Of a DNA stretch of 64,000 bases, positions 44,360 to 56,953 are shown in pieces. Within the stretch, counting starts at the first letter, position 1, and each line of letters opens with the position of its first letter. This DNA comes from Octopus vulgaris. Lineage: Eukaryota. The DNA is taken from positions 117,986,001 to 118,050,000 of the forward strand of contig OX597820.1 in NCBI GenBank assembly GCA_951406725.2, read 5' to 3'. Below the pieces are notes generated by a model. The model was given only the letters and a program-made list of their open reading frames with translations, did no database searches and was not told the origin of the DNA. The position numbers and the translations under genes were made by a program.

Positions 44360-44478
44360 CTTCTATTTATAAATGTTCTAAGATCTTCACAGCCTTGGTT
44401 TTTTTTATCTCATTCTGAAAAAAAAATTATATATATATATACACATATACATACATAATACACACATACATACATACA

Positions 44479-44560
<82 letters not shown>

Positions 44561-44573
44561 GATATATATATAA

Positions 44574-44623
<50 letters not shown>

Positions 44624-44762
44624 GTATATCAAAACATTAACATAAAATAGACAGATATGTGTGATAACTAGAAAGATTAATAGACAAAGACACACACACA
44701 CTGAGGCATATACATACATACATATATACATACATATATATGTATGTATGTATATATATATG

Positions 44763-44874
<112 letters not shown>

Positions 44875-45059
44875 CATATATATGTATGTATGTATATACA
44901 TATTTAAAATAAGGGTCTTGGAGATTTAGTAATGAGATGAAAAGATAGCCAGATAAATATACACATGTCATGAGAGTGATTGATAAATCAGGCAGCGGGA
45001 AAGTTGCAGGGTGAAGTAGATCACGATATACAGACAATACCATTCTCACACGACTATAG

Positions 45060-45105
<46 letters not shown>

Positions 45106-45308
45106 ACAGATATATTTGTATATTTATATTTATATAGACATATCAGTGTTTGTTTTTAATGGAAACAATTTGCGTCAGACTGAAGGATTACTTCATACTT
45201 TTGTAGAGTACAAAGTTATCATTCTTTATCGTAGAAATATTGACAGTGGCTTCGAAGTTTCAGTCAGTTCGATGATGGCTTAGCTTATTAAAGAAATATA
45301 TATATACA

Positions 45309-45807
45309 CTAGCAGTATTGCCCGGCGTTGCTCGGGTTTGTAAGGTAGATAACTATATAAGCATTTTTAGAGAGTTATAGCCAAAAAAATAGCAAAAAAA
45401 TGCATTAAAAATGGAAAAGAAATGATGGTAATTTTTTTAAAAAATCGTTGACTCATCGTAGACATTTTTAGAGAGTTACTTCCCCTATATAATAGCGAAA
45501 AAATGCATTGAAATGGAAAAAATGATGGTAAATTTTGTTAAAAATCGTTGACTCATCGTAGACATTTTTAGAGAGTTACTTCCCTTATATAATAGCGAAA
45601 AAAATGCATTAAAATGGAAAAAAATGATGGTAAATTTTTAAAAAATCGTAGACTTATCGTAGACGCGCGCTAATACCCAGAAGGGCTCGATATGAATCAC
45701 GACTATAAGATACCCGGTTTTGGTTAAACTGCACCGCAAAATGTGGGAGTAGTTAGGAATCTAAATCGTAGGAGACAGACACACAACCTTACTTTTATAT
45801 ATAAAGA
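45309..45807 (-). mobile_element. Non-autonomous Helitron
   Basis: The minus strand reads A|TCTTTATATATAAAAG...CCCGAGCAACGCCGGG (subterminal hairpin)...CTAG|T. It has an AT target, no TSD, and an internal ~100 bp unit repeated three times. Confidence 0.85.
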
Positions 45808-45929
45808 TATAAGAAAGTAGATAATGAGGTAATTATTGAGAAGTAGATAAGTAGACAGCTACAGAGATTACAAGAATTGTAAAGTATAGATATATAGAAT
45901 GACATCTACGCGGTTATCTTTCTTTTTTT

Positions 45930-46062
45930 TCAATCTTTTTTGATCGGAATTTTACTTTTTTTTGTTATTTCCCCCCTTTTTTTTTCATTCTCGAAAAGAA
46001 AAGCTCTACATTTGTATTTGTCCCCTCTGTGTTCAGCCCTGTGTGGTCAATAAAGAAAGTTG
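45930..46062 (+). mobile_element. Short 3'-end copy of the Tx1 family followed by (TCTA)n
   Basis: TGATCG...GAAAAGAAAAGCTCTACATTTGTATTTGTCCCCTCTGTGTTCAGCCCTGTGTGGTCAATAAAGAAAGT, then TCTA repeats at 46063-46134. Confidence 0.82.
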
Positions 46063-46135
<73 letters not shown>

Positions 46136-46379
46136 TTTGATCGAAAACCAAACCCCCTTTTTATCAGAGAAACAGATAGGTAGATAGATAGATAGACAGA
46201 TCGATAGATCGATAGATAAATATGGTTAGATGCTTTTTTTTTTGTTCTTGACAACACTGGTATTTACTCGTGCAGTTGAAAACCAGTTCCATTTATTCAT
46301 TGAATAGTATTTGTTGTTGTTGTTATTCTTCTTCTTCTTCTTCTTCTTCTTCTTCTTCTTCTTCTTCTTCTTCTTCTTC

Positions 46380-46411
<32 letters not shown>

Positions 46412-46868
46412 CTTCTTCTTCTTCTTCTTCTTCTTCTTCTTCTTCTTCTTCTTCTTCTTCTGCCTCTTCCTCCTCTTCTTCTTCTTTGGATTTTCAAATC
46501 ATTGGATTTTACCAACGAAAATCTTTATGGATTTTAATGATTTTGGTTTGACTATATATTCTCATCCAGAGTGTGTTCGGATGAAGAATAAGGCTCGCGT
46601 TTTGGTAAATTAAAATTTTTTTTCGACGCTTCGCTATGAGAACTACTGACAGTATCTCTCCGCAAAAAAAATTTGAGCGTAGAAAACACAGAGAAGAGAA
46701 AATATACAAAAGTTTTTTACAACGAAGCACACACAGCGAGGGGTCTTTCTGATTGGATTTCGGTAGATTTTTTGTTAGGTTAACGGAAAGTGATTAAGTG
46801 GAGTGTCCAAAGTTTTGGCTGGTAGCTTATACACACCAAAAGGGTCTCCTTTTCACGGGCAGCATCGA

Positions 46869-47163
46869 CAGGCGCAGGCATGATTGTATGGTGAGAAATT
46901 CGCCTCTCAACCACGTGGTTTCCGGTTCAGTTCCACAGGGTGGCACCTTGGGCAAGTGTCTTTTATTATAGCAAAGCCTGATCAAAGGCTTGTGAGTGGG
47001 TTTGGTAAACGGAAACTGAAAGAAGCCCGTCGTATATATGTATTTATGTATATGCGTGTGTGTGTGTGATTGCTTCACTCACCGCTTGACAACCGGTGTT
47101 TGTGTGTCTACGTCCCCGTAACTTGGCGGTTCGGCAAAAGAGACCGATAGAAATAAGTACTGG
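46869..47163 (+). mobile_element. SINE-A truncated at the start of the SINE-B satellite
   Basis: Follows the SINE-A consensus up to AATAAGTACTGG, then switches to the array. Confidence 0.82.
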
Positions 47164-47172
47164 AGTGGAGTC

Positions 47173-50100
47173 GTTCTGAGTTCAAATTCCGCCGAGGTCG
47201 ACTTTACCTTTCATCCTTCGGAGTCGATTAAATAAGTACCAGTTACGCATTGGGGTCGATATAATCGACTTAATCCATTTGTCTGTCCTTGTTTGTCCTC
47301 TCTGTTTAGCCTCTTGTGGGTGATAAAGAAATAGGTATTTCGTCTGCCACTACGTTCTGAGTTCAAATTCCGCCGAGGTCGACTTTGTCTTTCATCCTTT
47401 CGGGGTCTATTAAATAAGCACCAGATACGCACTGGGGTCGATGTAATCGACTTAATCCGTGTGTCTGTCCTTGTTTGTCCCCTCTGTGTTTAGCCCCTTG
47501 TGGGTAATAAAGAAATAGGTATTTCGTCTGCCGTTACGTTCTGAGTTCAAATTCCGCCGAGGTCGACTTTGTCTTTCATCCTTTCGGGGTCTATTAAATA
47601 AGCACCAGATACGCACTGGGGTCGATGTAATCGACTTAATCCGTGTGTCTGTCCTTGTTTGTCCCCTCTGTGTTTAGCCCCTTGTGGGTAATAAAGAAAT
47701 AGGTATTTCGTCTGCCGCTACGTTCTGAGTTCAAATTCCGCCGAGGTCGACTTTGTCTTTCATCCTTTCGGGGTCTATTAAATAAGCACCAGATACGCAC
47801 TGGGGTCGATGTAATCGACTTAATCCGTGTGTCTGTCCTTGTTTGTCCCCTCTGTGTTTAGCCCCTTGTGGGTAATAAAGAAATAGGTATTTCGTCTGCC
47901 GTTACGTTCTGAGTTCAAATTCCGCCGAGGTCGACTTTGTCTTTCATCCTTTCGGGGTCTATTAAATAAGCACCAGATACGCACTGGGGTCGATGTAATC
48001 GACTTAATCCGTGTGTCTGTCCTTGTTTGTCCCCTCTGTGTTTAGCCCCTTGTGGGTAATAAAGAAATAGGTATTTCGTCTGCCGCTACGTTCTGAGTTC
48101 AAATTCCGCCGAGGTCGACTTTGTCTTTCATCCTTTCGGGGTCTATTAAATAAGCACCAGATACGCACTGGGGTCGATGTAATCGACTTAATCCGTGTGT
48201 CTGTCCTTGTTTGTCCCCTCTGTGTTTAGCCCCTTGTGGGTAATAAAGAAATAGGTATTTCGTCTGCCGTTACGTTCTGAGTTCAAATTCCGCCGAGGTC
48301 GACTTTGTCTTTCATCCTTTCGGGGTCTATTAAATAAGCACCAGATACGCACTGGGGTCGATGTAATCGACTTAATCCGTGTGTCTGTCCTTGTTTGTCC
48401 CCTCTGTGTTTAGCCCCTTGTGGGTAATAAAGAAATAGGTATTTCGTCTGCCGCTACGTTCTGAGTTCAAATTCCGCCGAGGTCGACTTTGTCTTTCATC
48501 CTTTCGGGGTCTATTAAATAAGCACCAGATACGCACTGGGGTCGATGTAATCGACTTAATCCGTGTGTCTGTCCTTGTTTGTCCCCTCTGTGTTTAGCCC
48601 CTTGTGGGTGATAAAGAAATAGGTATTTCGTCTGCCGTTACGTTCTGAGTTCAAATTCCGCCGAGGTCGACTTTGTCTTTCATCCTTTCGGGGTCTATTA
48701 AATAAGCACCAGATACGCACTGGGGTCGATGTAATCGACTTAATCCGTGTGTCTGTCCTTGTTTGTCCCCTCTGTGTTTAGCCCCTTGTGGGTAATAAAG
48801 AAATAGGTATTTCGTCTGCCGCTACGTTCTGAGTTCAAATTCCGCCGAGGTCGACTTTGTCTTTCATCCTTTCGGGGTCTATTAAATAAGCACCAGATAC
48901 GCACTGGGGTCGATGTAATCGACTTAATCCGTGTGTCTGTCCTTGTTTGTCCCCTCTGTGTTTAGCCCCTTGTAGGTAATAAAGAAATAGGTATTTCGTC
49001 TGCCGTTACGTTCTGAGTTCAAATTCCGCCGAGGTCGACTTTGTCTTTCATCCTTTCGGGGTCTATTAAATAAGCACCAGATACGCACTGGGGTCGATGT
49101 AATCGACTTAATCCGTGTGTCTGTCCTTGTTTGTCCCCTCTGTGTTTAGCCCCTTGTGGGTAATAAAGAAATAGGTATTTCGTCTGCCGCTACGTTCTGA
49201 GTTCAAATTCCGCCGAGGTCGACTTTGTCTTTCATCCTTTCGGGGTCTATTAAATAAGCACCAGATACGCACTGGGGTCGATGTAATCGACTTAATCCGT
49301 GTGTCTGTCCTTGTTTGTCCCCTCTGTGTTTAGCCCCTTGTGGGTAATAAAGAAATAGGTATTTCGTCTGCCGTTACGTTCTGAGTTCAAATTCCGCCGA
49401 GGTCGACTTTGTCTTTCATCCTTTCGGGGTCTATTAAATAAGCACCAGATACGCACTGGGGTCGATGTAATCGACTTAATCCGTGTGTCTGTCCTTGTTT
49501 GTCCCCTCTGTGTTTGGCCCTTTGTGGGTAGTAAAGAAATAGGTATTTCGTCTGCCGCTACGTTCTGAGTTCAAATTCCGCCGAGGTCGACTTTGTCTTT
49601 CATCCTTTCGGGGTCTATTAAATAAGCACCAGATACGCACTGGGGTCGATGTAATCGACTTAATCCGTGTGTCTGTCCTTGTTTGTCCCCTCTGTGTTTG
49701 GCCCCTTGGGGGTAGTAAAGAAATAGGTATTTCGTCTGCCGCTACGTTCTGAGTTCAAATTCCGCCGAGGTCGACTTTGTCTTTCATCCTTTCGGGGTCT
49801 ATTAAATAAGCACCAGATACGCACTGGGGTCGATGTAATCGACTTAATCCGTGTGTCTGTCCTTGTTTGTCCCCTCTGTGTTTGGCCCCTTGGGGGTAGT
49901 AAAGAAATAGGTATTTCGTCTGCCGCTACGTTCTGAGTTCAAATTCCGCCGAGGTCGACTTTGTCTTTCATCCTTTCGGGGTCTATTAAATAAGCACCAG
50001 ATACGCACTGGGGTCGATGTAATCGACTTAATCCGTGTGTCTGTCCTTGTTTGTCCCCTCTGTGTTTGGCCCCTTGGGGGTAGTAAAGAAATAGGTATTT

Positions 50101-50832
50101 CGTCTGCCGCTACGTTCTGAGTTCAAATTCCGCCGAGGTCGACTTTGTCTTTCATCCTTTCGGGGTCTATTAAATAAGCACCAGATACGCACTGGGGTCG
50201 ATGTAATCGACTTAATCCGTGTGTCTGTCCTTGTTTGTCCCCTCTGTGTTTGGCCCCTTGGGGGTAGTAAAGAAATAGGTATTTCGTCTGCCGCTACGTT
50301 CTGAGTTCAAATTCCGCCGAGGTCGACTTTGTCTTTCATCCTTTCGGGGTCTATTAAATAAGCACCAGATACGCACTGGGGTCGATGTAATCGACTTAAT
50401 CCGTGTGTCTGTCCTTGTTTGTCCCCTCTGTGTTTGGCCCCTTGGGGGTAGTAAAGAAATAGGTATTTCGTCTGCCGCTACGTTCTGAGTTCAAATTCCG
50501 CCGAGGTCGACTTTGTCTTTCATCCTTTCGGGGTCTATTAAATAAGCACCAGATACGCACTGGGGTCGATGTAATCGACTTAATCCGTGTGTCTGTCCTT
50601 GTTTGTCCCCTCTGTGTTTAGCCCCTTGTGGGTAGTAAAGAAATAGGTATTTCGTCTGCCGCTACGTTCTGAGTTCAAATTCCGCCGAGGTCGACTTTGT
50701 CTTTCATCCTTTCGGGGTCTATTAAATAAGCACCAGATACGCACTGGGGTCGATGTAATCGACTTAATCCGTGTGTCTGTCCTTGTTTGTCCCCTCTGTG
50801 TTTAGCCCCTGGGGGGTAGTAAAGAAATAGGT
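47173..50832 (+). repeat. Tandem array of ~20 head-less SINE-B bodies, 184 bp unit
   Basis: CGTCTGCC recurs at 47341+184n up to 50653 (19 units), plus a diverged first unit at 47173-47340. Each unit is B-box (GAGTTCAAATTCC) + Nin/Deu-like core + Tx1-like tail. Confidence 0.96.
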
Positions 50833-51075
50833 TACATATGGTGACTTTTTCTCTTCAGAAACTTTGTCAGTCAAGAGTTCCCTGTCGCTGTTCTTGTGTG
50901 CTTGGAATTTGTGATGTGCCATTGTTGTGGAGAGGGCCGTACTGTGTTACAGGTAAGTCGTGTTAATGTGGGTTTGTATTCATGTCACCGTCATACTGGG
51001 ATATATTTTATAAACAGACGTGGTCAGTATCATATTGAAGGAATACTCCGTGGGGACAAGATCAAATATTGATTT

Positions 51076-51637
51076 TAAATTTCGGCACTAGGCCAGCAAT
51101 TTCGAGGAGGGAATAAGTCGATTACATCGACTCCAGTACGCAACTGGTACATAATTTATCGACCCCGAAAGGATGAAAGGCAATGTCGACCTCGGCGAAA
51201 TTTGAACTCAGAACGTAGCGGCAGACGAAATACCTATTTCTTTACTACCCACAAGAGGCTAAACACAGAAGAGACAAACAAAGACAGACAAATGGATTAA
51301 GTCGATTATATCGACCCCAGTGCGTAACTGGTACTTATTTAATCGACCCCGAAAGGATGAAAGACAAAGTCGACCTCGGCGGAATTTGAACTCAGAACGT
51401 AGCGGCAGACGAAATACCTATTTCTTTATTACCCACAAGAGGCTAAACAGAGAGGCTAAACAAGGACAGATAAACGGATTAAGTCGATTATATCGACCCC
51501 AGTGCGTAACTGGTACTTATTTAATCAACCCCGAAGGATGAAAGGTAAAGTCGACCTGGGCGGAATTTGAACTCAGAACGTAGCGGCAAACGAAATACGG
51601 CTAAGCATTTCGCCCGGCGAGCTAACGGTTCTTCCAG
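51076..51637 (-). mobile_element. SINE-B trimer: one head + three bodies, the last with the alternative tail; inverted relative to the big array
   Basis: Same architecture as 34400-34978. The terminal unit ends ...CCCTCCTCGAAATTGCTGGCCTAGTGCCGAAATTT. Confidence 0.88.
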
Positions 51638-51699
51638 ATCATAGCCTTTGAACAGGATCAAATATTAACCAGAAGAAGTAGGATGATTTACCGTCCAGG

Positions 51700-51912
51700 A
51701 TTTGGAGCGATAAAACCATTCAGGCCAACGTATTATCATTGTATTGAGTCCGGGTTAAGGCGAGAGGGACCTGGTTCTGTCCAGACCTCAAAAATGGATA
51801 TAAACTGGGCTGAAGTTACAAACAATGTGGCGTTACCCATCCAGAAATGTGCTGAGGAGAGGCTATCCTTCAAAGGCAAAGGAGACGTAGGGCATGCCTT
51901 GTGCATTGCCAC
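51700..51912 (+). pseudogene. Old, diverged Tx1-family ORF2 fragment (post-RT region)
   Basis: MDINWAEVTNNVALPIQKCAEERLSFKGKGDVGHA aligns to MDKNWDEITSRVVALSQTWAERKLSLKGRAEVANA in the intact ORF2. The upstream CTGGTTCTGTCCAGACCTC resembles 60901-60919. Confidence 0.72.
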
Positions 51913-53438
51913 AATTAAGGGTTTACCAAAACCATAAACCAAACGCAGTGTCAGTGAAAGTACGAATCGTTTTGATTGCACAAAATGCCATCCATTACAT
52001 CCAAAGTTTCACCTGTCTGTCTGTTTGTCTGCGTGTGTGTGCGTGGTTGTACGTGTGTACATGTGTGTGACCGGCCAAATTATAGACCAATCAGCAGCTA
52101 GACATCACGTGATAGATCATTCTAGAAGCTACTAGAACTGACATATTTCTTGTGTCTGAGGTATTGTTCTATCGAAGCTTACTTTTAGCGGCATTTCGTC
52201 GAGATCGATTTTGCCTTTCATCCATTCGGGGTCGATGAAAAAAGTACCAGCGAAGTGCTGAGGTCGCTTAATCCCTTCTCGGAAAATTCCTGGCCTTGTA
52301 CCAAAATTTGAAACCGTTATTAATGGAGACAAAACTATGGAACTCTTTTGGTTTGACACAAGGCCAACTTCTACACGAGGATAAATATAGCTGATATAAA
52401 ATCTATCACTGTGTGTGTGTGTGATTCCTATCTCTCTGTGTTTCGCAGAAATACACAGAAACCGACTGCGACACCTGCGGCCCTCGTGACAATCATGGGA
52501 ATATTATGTAAGCATGTGTGTGCGTGTGAGTGTGTGTGTATGAATGTATTTGTATATATGTGTGTGTGTAAGGTTACATATTTGGTTATATAAATGCCTA
52601 CATATGCATATATATATTCATATAGATACACATAAATACATGCATATTTACATATATACATACATGCATGCATACATACACACTCACAGATATATTTGTG
52701 GCGTTTTCCTATGATGTAGTTATCAAATATTAAAACAAATCCACGTTTTAGCTTAGGAGAAAATATATGAAATAACAAAATTATAATATATATATATATA
52801 TATTTTACAAGAAAATCTTCATAACAATTTTGATGAAAAGAAGCCACAGCTTTCGTACTGTCAAAGTTAAAACGATATATATATTATTATATAACGATAT
52901 ATATATTATTATATAACGATATATATATTATAACGAAAAATATATTATTATTCCCTTATTGATTTTTACAGAGGAAAAACAAAACATTTCGTTTTTAGTA
53001 AGCAAGTGTGTGTGTTTGTGTATGTGATTGTGTGTGTGTGTGTGTATGTGAGTGTGTGTGTGTATGTGAGTGTGTGTGTGTATGTGAGTGTGTGTGTGTG
53101 TGAGTGTCTGTGCGTATGTGAGTGTGTGTATGTGAGTGTGTGTGTATGTGTGTATGTGAGTGTGTGTGTATGTGAGTGTGTGTGTGCGTGTGAGTGTGTG
53201 TATGTGAGTGTGTGTGTGTGTGTGTGTATTCATGTCTTTCACACCACTTCTATTGTATTCAGTTATCTTGGCATAGTCTTGTGAAAAGTACAAAAGCACA
53301 CATACGCTCAACTACACACACACACACGCACACACACACACACACATACACACACATACACACACATAAACACACACAAATATATTTACATATCAGTACA
53401 CGTGCATATATAAACATATATGTTTCTCCCTCTCTCCG

Positions 53439-53470
<32 letters not shown>

Positions 53471-53694
53471 CGTGTGTGTGTGTGTATGTGTATGTGTGTG
53501 AATATATATAAATAAATATCTATATAAATACATATATATGAGGGAAAGAGAGGGAGAGAGAGCAAGAGTGAGGGCAAGAGAGAGAGAAAGAGAGAAAGAG
53601 AGAGGGCAAGTGAGAGGGAGAAAGAGAGAGAGAGAAAGAGAAAGAGAGAGGGCAAGAGAGAGAGAGAGCAAGAGAGAGAGAAAGAGGGAGGGCA

Positions 53695-53734
<40 letters not shown>

Positions 53735-54505
53735 CAAGAGAGAGAGAGTAAGAGAGAGAGAGAGAGAGAGAGCAAGAGAGAGACAGAGAAAGAGAGAGCG
53801 CTACAAAATAATATCAATCGATGTAACCCCACTCCCCGCGCTTATGTTAGATGTGTGATAATTCTCTGAAGAACCACCCAAGTGTGAAGTTGGCAATCCA
53901 GCAAGCTGCGACCTGATCGTGTACTCTTGTATTTTTATAGGGATGCAAGTTATATTAAACGTCTTGTGTTTTTTATTTCATATATGTATGTATGTGTGTG
54001 TGTATATACGTATTTAGGAAAAAAATATAACTGATTGTTGTGCATTGAAGAATCCCAAGACGTCATCCACATGACATTGCGCCACATGTTTATATTTATC
54101 AATTTTAGTCAGGCATTTTTTCAAATAGATTATATATAGATTTGTCTTATCACGTGTAAGACTGAAGATTACGCTTTAGCTTGAAACGCTCGAAAGGTTG
54201 TTACGAAATGTGGTGGAAAATGACGAAAGATTAGAAGAGATTACGAAAGATTTCGGAAGATTACGAAACGTGACTAAAGAAGGGTAGAAGCTTGATAGTG
54301 GTTTAATCGCAAACATTAGATCAATGGAGTTAAATCGAATTTGTTTTGTCTGGATGCACGGTCTTCAGGCTTGTAATGGAGTGAGAATTCTGGGTTTTAT
54401 GTATTTTCCTCAGGGAATATTGGCGAGTAACTCATGGCTTACGTCCCTGCAAATGTAAGGCGTCAACAATCTTTGATGACTTCGGAAGACTTGGCGATGT
54501 TCAAG

Positions 54506-54566
<61 letters not shown>

Positions 54567-54585
54567 CGCACGCGCACAGACACAG

Positions 54586-54619
<34 letters not shown>

Positions 54620-54640
54620 CGCACGCGCACAGACACAGAC

Positions 54641-54671
<31 letters not shown>

Positions 54672-54766
54672 TGCACGCACACACATGCACACACACACAC
54701 ACACACACGCACACACATACACACGCACGCGCACATACACACACACATACACACGCACGCGCACAG

Positions 54767-54797
<31 letters not shown>

Positions 54798-54959
54798 CGC
54801 ACACACGCGCACACACACACACACTCACACACACACACACACATATATACACACACACGCACACACAGTGATAGATTTTATATCAGCTATATTTATCCTC
54901 GTGTAGAAGTTGGCCTTGTGTCAAACCAAAAGAGTTCCATAGTTTTGTCTCCATTAATA

Positions 54960-55131
54960 ACGGTTTCAAATTTTGGTACAAGGCCAGGATTTTCCGAGAA
55001 GGGATTAAGCGACCTCAGCACTTCGCTGGTACTTTTTTCATCGACCCCGAAAGGATGAAAGGCAAAATCGATCTCGACGAAAAGGCGCTAAGTATTTTGC
55101 CCGGCGTGCTAAGGGATCTGCTGACTCGCTG
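54960..55131 (-). mobile_element. SINE-B copy with the alternative tail and an internal deletion
   Basis: Contains core TCGACCCCGAAAGGATGAAAGGCAAA and head remnants CCCGGCGTGCTAA. Confidence 0.75.
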
Positions 55132-55327
55132 CATTTTCCCCCATTAAATATGGCGAGCATCAAGCAAGCTAAGAGATAAAATCACGATAAGCAGTGGCTG
55201 AGAAACGATTTCAATCCTGCGTTGAAGCCATTTAGTTTTCTCAGTACAATACTTATGTCCCATAGACAATGAGAAGACATTTATTTATTTCTGATTCTTC
55301 ATCAACGACATATGTGACCTTTCTCTT

Positions 55328-55552
55328 AGTTAGTTAGTTAGTTAGTTAGTTAATTTGGCTCAAAAGCAAATAGCAAGGCCATGTAGGGGGACATGGAGTT
55401 AAGTACAGGGTGGTGTTCATGTAAAGAGTTCAGGCCACTTGAGGTCAAGGGAGGCTTTGAACAAAGCGGTCGTCGGCATCTTCACCATCTCGTCTGGCAG
55501 CTTGTTCCACGGATCCGCAACCCGGACGGAGAAAGCTCCTCTCCTTCGATTA
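55328..55552 (-). mobile_element. CR1-type LINE 3' end, second copy
   Basis: Reverse complement of 7090-7301, with a (TAGT)n tail on the plus strand. Confidence 0.75.
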
Positions 55553-55638
55553 TAAACGAATCAAATTCTTACCCGAGACACAACAATTCACGAGTTGCGG
55601 ACATATCTCTTGTGTCTGTGGTATTGTTCTATCGAAGC

Positions 55639-55875
55639 GGCAGCGAGCTGGCCGAGACGTTAGCACGCCGGGCGAAATGCGTAGCTGTATTTCGTCTGCC
55701 GTTACGTTCTGAGTTCAAATTCCGTCGAGGTCGACTTAGCCTTTTATCCTTTCGGGGCCGATAAATTAAGTACCAGTTACGCACTGGGGTCGATGTAATC
55801 GACTTAATCCCTTTGTCTATCCTTGCTTGTACCCCCCCCCCCTGTGTTTAGCCCCTTGTGGGTAGTAAAGAAATA
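55639..55875 (+). mobile_element. SINE-B full-length monomer with 19 bp TSD
   Basis: TSD GGTATTGTTCTATCGAAGC at 55620-55638 and 55876-55894. Confidence 0.92.
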
Positions 55876-56172
55876 GGTATTGTTCTATCGAAGCTTACTT
55901 TTCCCCGAGGAAAGAATAAATCTTTTCCCTCCACACCCAAGTACCACCCGAGATTTTCACAACGATACATCTGTTTACAGAGATAGGTTATTCTACATCA
56001 GCTACGGCAAGTTTTTAAGCTTAAGAAGACAAGGCCATGTTTGACGATGAATTTGACACACACACACTCACGCGTATGCACACGACGGGCTTCTACAATC
56101 CATATCTATCTATCTATCTATCTATCCATCCATCCGTCCGTCTGTCTGTCTGCCTGTCTGTCTTTCGTTTTT

Positions 56173-56267
<95 letters not shown>

Positions 56268-56268
56268 G

Positions 56269-56326
<58 letters not shown>

Positions 56327-56331
56327 AATCA

Positions 56332-56365
<34 letters not shown>

Positions 56366-56372
56366 ATATCTG

Positions 56373-56489
<117 letters not shown>

Positions 56490-56953
56490 TGACGGATGTG
56501 ATGTCGTTTCAGCTCCGAAGGTAATCATTTATTTTGACTATTTATAGGCCAATTTCTGTGTAGATTTTTGCAAATAAGGTGTGTAAGGCAACCAACTTTC
56601 ATTTGAGTGCTTTTCCAAGGAAGGAATTCGCCCCTAGGGGCAGTTTCGACCCCATTTCATTTCTGTTATTTTCTTCTCGACATTAGAAAATGTCTAGAAA
56701 TTTTATTGTTGAACGCTGGTCGCGTTCTTTTTTGGAACAACATTTTCCTAGTCTGGAAACGACAGAGAAAAAAAGAACGTTCGCACGGAAAATGCCAACG
56801 TGAAATTCGGTGAAAGGAACGCTGCAACCACGTGCGTTAACAGCCCTGTCACCACCGCCACCACCACCACTAACAACAGCAACCACGAGACAACAACTGC
56901 TACCACCACCACCTCCACCACCACCACCACCACCACTACCACGACCAACATAA

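Noticed and set aside
47173-50832. CRISPR-like or tRNA-gene array
   Set aside because: There are no unique spacers, no cas genes and no complete cloverleaf. The units are SINE bodies.
54155-54200. Hammerhead-like CTGAAGA...GAAACGC
   Set aside because: No convincing stem I or cleavage triplet.
52185-55091. DNA transposon with ~230 bp TIRs
   Set aside because: The arms consist of a SINE fragment plus unique flank, there is no TSD, and the interior is only microsatellite. A templated duplication explains it better.
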